A program made the translations under genes and the position numbers. From assembly GCA_045541505.1 (NCBI GenBank), contig JAZQJF010000003.1, forward strand, positions 8,237 to 72,236: a DNA stretch of 64,000 nt, read 5' to 3'. Numbering within the stretch: the first letter of the stretch is position 1; each line of letters opens with the position of its first letter. This document shows, in pieces, positions 57,854 to 64,000 of this stretch. The notes below the pieces were generated by a model that had not been told where the DNA came from, did no database searches, and saw only the letters and a program-made list of their open reading frames with translations. Source of the stretch: Acutalibacteraceae bacterium (GTDB taxonomy: Bacteria; Bacillota; Clostridia; Oscillospirales; Acutalibacteraceae).

Positions 57854-60800
57854 TCTCTTCACCGTCCTTTCTGTTATTGAGCTTATCGAAACATTGAGAA
57901 TCAGGATAGCTTACAATTTCTTCACTCATATCACCTGATTCAAAACCGCACACGCTTTTATAATCGCAATATTGACAAGCATCTTTATAAGCTGAGTTTG
58001 AATTCAGACTGAATACAGGCCTTGCAGGGATTTCGCCGTTATGAAGGCAATCTCCCATTTTTCTTAAAATATCTTCTACCTTTTGGCTGAGAAGATTCAT
58101 TTCTTTAATGCCGATAAGACTGCCTGAAAAGGTGCACTTCTCTTCATCATATTTTACAGGAATAAACATTCCTGATTTTTCACTGTCCATTCCGATAATG
58201 ACTCTGGAATCATCAAGCACCATACCGTTCATTCTGCAGTCAAGCATCTGCTGAGTTAGTACCTGCTCATCGCTTGCATCTCTGCCGAGATTTGTATTTG
58301 TAGCTTTAACAGGCATATATAATACACCTGCAGGTGTAATATTTTCATACTTGCCTGTGCCGTTTTTCCAGATAGAAAAAAGATAAATCAGCATCTGCAT
58401 ATTTAACCCGTAAAAAACATCGCTGAGCTGAAAATTCTTTCCACCCGATTTGTAGTCAACAACCCTGACAAATTTTTTGCCGTCAAGGTCCATCATATCG
58501 ACACGGTCCACTGAGCCCTTAAGCTTGATTGAGCCGCCTTGAGTCAAGTCAACAACAAACGGTTTGACTTCACTGTCGTTGTCAATTTTCAGCTCAAAAT
58601 CAACAGGCACAAACTCGCTGACGGCAAACTCACGCACAAGACGTTTAGCCACAGAACAGACGGTTTTTCCAAGATTCATATAGAGATAGTTAAACCTCTC
58701 GCTATGCTCCTGATCGGCGCTCATATTAGTTCGGAAATATAAATCAAGAAGCGCCATAACCTTTTCGTCTATTTCTTCATCAGTCATTTTACAAAGAGCT
58801 TCGCTGCCGTTAGTTTTAATAAGCATTTCCAGAATGTAATGAATTACCGTACCTCTTTGCATCGGGTCAAGCTCTGCAGATCTTGGGGCAGATGCCTGAA
58901 TTCCGTATTTGCAGAAATACTCAAAGGGGCATTTGAAATAAGTTTCAACTCTTGTTGCCGACATATACATATCTTCACCGAAGAGTTTTCGTGCAATATT
59001 TATATCTTCAATAGCAAATTCTTCTTTATCTGCTGCACGTCTGAGGGCCTTAAGACGGTTTCTGAATTCAGACAAAGCACCGAAATACTCTTTAAGGGTC
59101 TGAGTAACGGTGTCACTGTTTTTCCACCCTTTTGCCATAATTTCAAATGCGGCATCAGCACTTCTGAGATATTCTTTTTTATCAACAAGGGAAGTATCAC
59201 TCTCTCTGATTTCAGGAAAGATCTTTTTAATCTGTGAAACTAATTCAGATGGGGCAGTTTCTTCACCGGTCAGGCTTTTGGCGCAATAAGATAAGTAAAG
59301 CCTGTCTTTTGCACCGCACAAAGTTTTATATGAAATAAATCGTTCTTCCATAACATCTTCATCAGCATCCTGACCGAGATCAACACCAAAATCCTTGAGC
59401 TGACGGCGGTCATTACGGGAAAGAACTTTTTTATTAAGCTGAACATACGGAAAAACTCCATCGTTAACGCCAAGAGCAAAAATAACATTTGGTGATGACG
59501 TGAGAACTCTGTCAGCAGCACCTATCATTACCTCATCAAGACCGACAGGCAAAGCACCGATAGTGTAGCGTGAAACCATTGTATTAAAAAGTTCACCGAA
59601 ACGTTTGGCATTAAGCTGAGTATTTTTCAGAACAGAGGCTGTATCGTTAAGAATACTGATAAGTATATCCCATATTCTGCCCTGCTCTGCGGCAAGTTCA
59701 ATTTCACCTTTACTGCTTAGTTCAATTGCAATATTTTTAAGATTATGAGCAACGTTGAAGCTCACAAGAAGATCATACACGGCTTTGGCAGCAGCCTGAC
59801 CGTCAGCAGATTTCAACGCATTTCGGAACACAGAAAGAGGATATGTCACAGCTTTTCTTGTTGCATTTATTCTTTCAAGAATTTCCATATGCTTTTCAAG
59901 CATTTCGTTACCTAAACCGTCAGGGTGGCCCTTGAAATCATCACACCAGCGCGAGCCGTTGATTTTCCACATAACAACGTAGTTTTCAAGTGTGGAAATA
60001 TCATGAGAGGAAATACCCGTAAGCCCTGTTTTAAGTAATCTCAAAACATCTTCGACACTGAATCCGTCGGCTGCAATTTTAACCGCTGAATTTACAAAAT
60101 TGATAAGCGGCTGAGTCATAATAGGCTGACGCTTATCAACATAAACGGGAACTCCGAATTTTTTAAGACTCGCTTTTATTTTGCTTTCATAGGTTGTTCC
60201 GTCACGGCTGATAACTGCAATATCACGGCAACGGTAACCGCATTCACTGATAAGGTATTTAATCTGTGAGGCAACCCAATCACATTCGTCAGCTATACTT
60301 GAACCTCGGCAGACAGCTATGCTTTCAGGCGCACCGCTCCATCTCTCAGGTACAATTGAATACAACTGCTTTTCAAGGTGAGAAATTTCGGGTGAATTAT
60401 AATAGTCGCTTTTTTCAGCAGTGATTATTTCAACCGGAGGCATAGAGCATTTTTCATTAACTGAGAGCAGCTTACGTGCTGTTCTGCGTGTGTGTGCAAA
60501 AACACTGTTTTTTTCAAAAAGTCCTGTCACTTTATCAGTGCAAACCGATATATATAAATCTTTTGCACGAGGTAAAATATCTGAGATTATTTTAATTTCC
60601 TGGGCTGTGAAGCCTCTGAAACCATCAATAAAAACAGTTTTATTATTAAACCAATCAATGTTGTTAATTACATTATGTAAACGGTCAAGTGAAGTCTCAT
60701 CATCAAAATAGCTTTGTTCAAGCAAGGCATCGTATGCCCCTGAAATCAATGAAAGCTCATAAATTTTACTTTTCAACACACCGTCTTTCATTTTATCACT

Positions 60801-61220
60801 GCACTCTGAAAGGGCATCAGACGAAACGGAGCATTGACGGAATTCCTTGAGCATACCAAGAATTTCTGTTATAAATCCTTGGGTATATTTAGATTTTGAA
60901 TACATCTCCAGTTTATCACTCACCTGCTCAAGAGCAAGAGACATTACAACAGCACGTATGCTGTCATTAATTTCGGGAAGAACTGAATTATCAAACATCT
61001 TAAGTAAATGTTTAGCAAGAAAAGTGAAACTGAACACACTTACTTTATCAGCTTTTTCTGCCCCCATCTGAACAACTATATTCTTTTCTGTTTCAAATGA
61101 ATATTGCTCAGGAACAATAAGAAGAATGTCTCTTTCCCCTGAGTCAACACGCTTTTCAATTTCAGAATAAATCCTTTGAGTTTTTCCGCATCCGATGCGT
61201 CCGATAATCAAATGAAGCAC
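57816..61220 (-). CDS. addB: helicase-nuclease AddB
   Basis: The N-terminus has GRIGCGKT. The C-terminus has nuclease and Fe-S cysteines (C..C..C, DYKSG). The 3' end overlaps the addA start. Confidence 0.9.
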   Translation of the reverse strand: MLHLIIGRIGCGKTQRIYSEIEKRVDSGERDILLIVPEQYSFETEKNIVVQMGAEKADKVSVFSFTFLAKHLLKMFDNSVLPEINDSIRAVVMSLALEQVSDKLEMYSKSKYTQGFITEILGMLKEFRQCSVSSDALSECSDKMKDGVLKSKIYELSLISGAYDALLEQSYFDDETSLDRLHNVINNIDWFNNKTVFIDGFRGFTAQEIKIISDILPRAKDLYISVCTDKVTGLFEKNSVFAHTRRTARKLLSVNEKCSMPPVEIITAEKSDYYNSPEISHLEKQLYSIVPERWSGAPESIAVCRGSSIADECDWVASQIKYLISECGYRCRDIAVISRDGTTYESKIKASLKKFGVPVYVDKRQPIMTQPLINFVNSAVKIAADGFSVEDVLRLLKTGLTGISSHDISTLENYVVMWKINGSRWCDDFKGHPDGLGNEMLEKHMEILERINATRKAVTYPLSVFRNALKSADGQAAAKAVYDLLVSFNVAHNLKNIAIELSSKGEIELAAEQGRIWDILISILNDTASVLKNTQLNAKRFGELFNTMVSRYTIGALPVGLDEVMIGAADRVLTSSPNVIFALGVNDGVFPYVQLNKKVLSRNDRRQLKDFGVDLGQDADEDVMEERFISYKTLCGAKDRLYLSYCAKSLTGEETAPSELVSQIKKIFPEIRESDTSLVDKKEYLRSADAAFEIMAKGWKNSDTVTQTLKEYFGALSEFRNRLKALRRAADKEEFAIEDINIARKLFGEDMYMSATRVETYFKCPFEYFCKYGIQASAPRSAELDPMQRGTVIHYILEMLIKTNGSEALCKMTDEEIDEKVMALLDLYFRTNMSADQEHSERFNYLYMNLGKTVCSVAKRLVREFAVSEFVPVDFELKIDNDSEVKPFVVDLTQGGSIKLKGSVDRVDMMDLDGKKFVRVVDYKSGGKNFQLSDVFYGLNMQMLIYLFSIWKNGTGKYENITPAGVLYMPVKATNTNLGRDASDEQVLTQQMLDCRMNGMVLDDSRVIIGMDSEKSGMFIPVKYDEEKCTFSGSLIGIKEMNLLSQKVEDILRKMGDCLHNGEIPARPVFSLNSNSAYKDACQYCDYKSVCGFESGDMSEEIVSYPDSQCFDKLNNRKDGEENAKVDEGTATGD

Positions 61221-61389
61221 ACTATCACCTCGATGAGATGATTATATCAAAGTTTTTAGTTTTTAGCAACTCTTACTGTACTGTATATGGGTCAATTGAA
61301 CACTTGCCAAAAATCGACTGATTCAGATAAATTTATTTCATTTTATTAGACACTAATTTTGTTTGTGTATAGTATCAGACATTATTGTG

Positions 61390-61418
61390 TTGACAAGTTT
61401 GTTAAAATATAATATACT
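61390..61418 (+). promoter_or_regulatory. sigma-A type promoter (TTGACA, 17 nt spacer, TATACT)
   Basis: The hexamers were read on the plus strand, about 50 nt upstream of the 61467 start. Confidence 0.5.
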
Positions 61419-61466
61419 TTACAAAGGCATGTTTTACTTTGTGTAATAATATGAGGAAGTGAACCG

Positions 61467-63011
61467 GTGAAACAAAAAATTTCAACAGTCAAAGAGCTTG
61501 CTGTTTTTGCAGCACAAAATTATAAAGACAAGACTTTTTGCAGGTTTCTCAGAGATGATGAGATTTGCACAAAATCTTTTAATCAGTTTTATGAAGACTG
61601 CCTTGCAGTAAGCAGATATATCAAAACAAAAAATGAAGATAAAATGCACATTGCTTTTATCGGTAAAACCAATTATGAATACATTGCCTGTCTTACAGGT
61701 ATGATTTTCAGCGGTAATGTTGTTGTTCCCTTTGCACCTGACATCAGCATAGATGAAGCTTGTCAGCTTTTTAAAGATGCTGATATTGAAATGCTGTTTT
61801 GTGAAGAGGAGTTTATCCCCGCTGCTGAAGAAATATGTAACAGATATGACGGCATCAGAAAGGTAGTTTCTCTTGGGGACTGGCATTGGTTTGAAGGTAT
61901 TTTTAAAAAATATTCTTCGGACTCTGAGTACGCTTATCTTTCAGATGTTGAAGTTGACCCATATGCCTGTTCTTTGATTATTTACACTTCAGGCACAACC
62001 GGAGAAAGAAAAGGTGTTATGCTTTCAAACAACAACCTTGCTTCAAATTCATGCTATGATACATATAAAGCTGACGAAGGCGAAGTAACACTTTCTCTTC
62101 TTCCCATGCATCACGTTTTTTGTTATGCGTGCGATGTGCTTAAAAGCCTTTATGACGGCAATGAGGTATGCCTTAACGGGGCTTTGATAAATCTTTATAA
62201 AAACATGCTTTTATTCCAGCCGACAAATGCCCGTATTGTACCGTTGCTTTGTAAAGCAATTCTTACCAAGATTAAAATTGCAGAAAGAAAGCACCCTGAG
62301 CTTTCACCGAGAGAAGCTGCAGAACTTGTTGTTGGCAAAAGACTCAAAAGATTTATTGCAGGCAGTGCGTTTTTAAGCGGCTCAATTATTGATGCCTTTG
62401 AAAAATACGGTATCACAGCGCGTCAGGGTTACGGAATGAGCGAATGCAGCCCGAGAATCACAACATCAGACTTTTCTGAAAAACACAAATATTCAAACGG
62501 CGTTCTGCACGGCGTTGACAAGGTCAGATGTGCTGACGGTGAAATTCAGGTTAAGGGTCCGTCAGTTATGCTGGGATATTACAAAAAGCCTGAAAGAACT
62601 GCCGAAGTTTTTACAGAAGACGGTTTCCTTCACACAGGCGACCTCGGATACATTGAAGACGATCACGTTTACCTTGTTGGCCGAAAGAAAAATCTGATTA
62701 TTCTTTCAAATGGTGAAAATGTTTCACCTGAGGAAATTGAAAACAAATTTATAGATGACGGCATAGTTAAAGAAATTGTTGTATATGCAGAAGATGACAG
62801 CATTGTGGCTGAAATTTACCCTGACGAATCACTTATTGACGGCATAAGCTTTGACGATGTACGCAAGCAACTCGACAAAATTGTTGACAGGGTTAACTCA
62901 GAAATAAAAACTGACAGACAGATCCGTACTTTCAAAATAAGAGAGAAGCCTTTCGACAGAACTTCAACAGGAAAAATCAAACGTTCTCAGTTTAATTATT
63001 CGGAGGAATAA
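61467..63011 (+). CDS. AMP-dependent synthetase/ligase (fatty-acyl-AMP/CoA ligase-like adenylating enzyme)
   Basis: A GTG start follows GAGGAAGTGA. YTSGTTGERKGV, GYGMSE and TGDLG motifs are present, with a C-terminal GKIKR (A10 Lys). Confidence 0.85.
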   Translation: MKQKISTVKELAVFAAQNYKDKTFCRFLRDDEICTKSFNQFYEDCLAVSRYIKTKNEDKMHIAFIGKTNYEYIACLTGMIFSGNVVVPFAPDISIDEACQLFKDADIEMLFCEEEFIPAAEEICNRYDGIRKVVSLGDWHWFEGIFKKYSSDSEYAYLSDVEVDPYACSLIIYTSGTTGERKGVMLSNNNLASNSCYDTYKADEGEVTLSLLPMHHVFCYACDVLKSLYDGNEVCLNGALINLYKNMLLFQPTNARIVPLLCKAILTKIKIAERKHPELSPREAAELVVGKRLKRFIAGSAFLSGSIIDAFEKYGITARQGYGMSECSPRITTSDFSEKHKYSNGVLHGVDKVRCADGEIQVKGPSVMLGYYKKPERTAEVFTEDGFLHTGDLGYIEDDHVYLVGRKKNLIILSNGENVSPEEIENKFIDDGIVKEIVVYAEDDSIVAEIYPDESLIDGISFDDVRKQLDKIVDRVNSEIKTDRQIRTFKIREKPFDRTSTGKIKRSQFNYSEE

Positions 63012-63013
63012 AA

Positions 63014-64000
63014 ATGGTAACAAAAAAATTACCTAACGGAAGCGAAGTAAACGCTTACCCTATTTCAAACTCCCAACAGATGATGTTTCTTATGTCTCTC
63101 AAATACGGTTCAGGCTACCCTGTTAACAACATCGGATGCGGATATTATTGGAAAGGCGAAATGGATACTGACATTCTAAAAAAATCCATTTATGAAGCCA
63201 TTGAACGCTGTGATACCATGCGCCTGAGATTTGCAACTGATAAAAAGCACAAGGTAGTTCAGTATGTTGTTCCTAAAAGCGAGCTTCAGGTTGAAGAATG
63301 GGATTATTCTCATTTGACTATTGAAGAAGCACAGCCGAAGCTTACAGCTTTTTCAAGAGAAAACATTCCTATGTTCAACCGTGAGATTCATACAATAGCA
63401 ATCATTACATTTGCTGACGGTTATCATGGAATTTATGCAAGATTCCAGCACCTGGCAATGGATGCTTATTCAGTTAAAATCTTTTTTAACGACATTATTG
63501 AAATTTATCTCAGCAAAGCTAAAGGCGAAGCTTATCCCAAGCCTATGCGTGCGTATATTCCTGTTCTTGAAAAAGAGCTTGGATATCAGGAATCTGAACG
63601 CCATGAAGCAGACAAGCAGTACTGGTACGATTCCCTTGCAAAAGCTGACGAGCCGATTTTCACTGACTATATGCTGGAAAACAGACTTAAACAACAGCAG
63701 GTTAAAAATCCGGGTCAGAGATATGCTGACATTCATTCAGGACTTCCTGATGCGGATATATTCAAAAAGAGTATGAGCGCAGAAGACAGTGAAAAGGTTA
63801 TGAAGCTTTGCAATGATAATAACCTTTCAATTTTCTCTGTTATTTCAATGGGAGTGCGCACTGCTCTTTCCTGCTTTAATGATAATCAGGAAGATGTTTC
63901 TTTTAAAATGATCATCAACCGCAGAGGCACAATTGCCGAAAAGAAATCAGGCGGATTGAGAATCAACTTCTTGCCTATGAGAAGCATCATTAAACCTGAA
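63014..64000 (+). CDS. stand-alone NRPS-type condensation-domain protein, 3' end outside the window
   Basis: The ATG at 63014 lies 7 nt after GGAGG and 2 nt after the upstream stop. The frame is open to the window end, so it is absent from the ORF track. QHLAMDAYS at 63446-63472 is a variant of the C-domain HHxxxDG motif. Confidence 0.75.
   Translation, partial: MVTKKLPNGSEVNAYPISNSQQMMFLMSLKYGSGYPVNNIGCGYYWKGEMDTDILKKSIYEAIERCDTMRLRFATDKKHKVVQYVVPKSELQVEEWDYSHLTIEEAQPKLTAFSRENIPMFNREIHTIAIITFADGYHGIYARFQHLAMDAYSVKIFFNDIIEIYLSKAKGEAYPKPMRAYIPVLEKELGYQESERHEADKQYWYDSLAKADEPIFTDYMLENRLKQQQVKNPGQRYADIHSGLPDADIFKKSMSAEDSEKVMKLCNDNNLSIFSVISMGVRTALSCFNDNQEDVSFKMIINRRGTIAEKKSGGLRINFLPMRSIIKPE

Noticed and set aside
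54359-61220. Large helicase-nuclease pair as a candidate novel defence system
   Set aside because: This is canonical AddA/AddB (UvrD-like helicase plus RecB nuclease, with Fe-S cysteines in AddB), the standard Firmicute recombination and repair machinery.
63411-63776. Listed 121-aa plus-strand ORF
   Set aside because: It is out of frame with the condensation-domain ORF that starts at 63014 and runs off the window, and its translation is low-quality.

Overview
This is a 64-kb chromosomal segment from an AT-rich, spore-forming Firmicute, probably a gut-type Clostridium. The assignment rests on cotJABC, addAB, GGAGG-type RBSs, TTGACA/TATAAT promoters with TGn extensions, and many Rho-independent terminators. 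The first ~40 kb is a dense glycan-degradation region. It carries two pectin-lyase-fold beta-helix proteins, a GH106-like hydrolase, GH95 and GH29 fucosidases, GH2 beta-galactosidase, GH5, GH78 rhamnosidase, a frameshifted GH38 mannosidase, CE4 and SGNH esterases and an Fe-ADH (lactaldehyde-reductase-like). Transport is by MFS, GPH and NhaC carriers only. The second part holds housekeeping genes (trmB, hom, lysC, argF, addAB), an ABC-2 exporter, a GT4, a compact six-gene glycan-modification cassette, and the start of an acyl-AMP ligase plus condensation-domain locus that runs off the window. I recognised no rRNA, tRNA, CRISPR array, transposase or integrase. The most unusual items are: (1) an isopropylmalate-synthase-like protein fused to an AraC HTH, with substitutions at two near-invariant catalytic-barrel residues; (2) a decayed MuF-type polymorphic toxin with an intact acidic immunity gene; (3) a GPH symporter with a ~317-aa charged helical tail; (4) a self-contained 24-codon hydrophobic mini-gene; (5) a GH38 gene with a frameshift and an in-frame, ATG-less ORF after its stop codon. 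All family calls come from motif recognition by eye, not from database searches.
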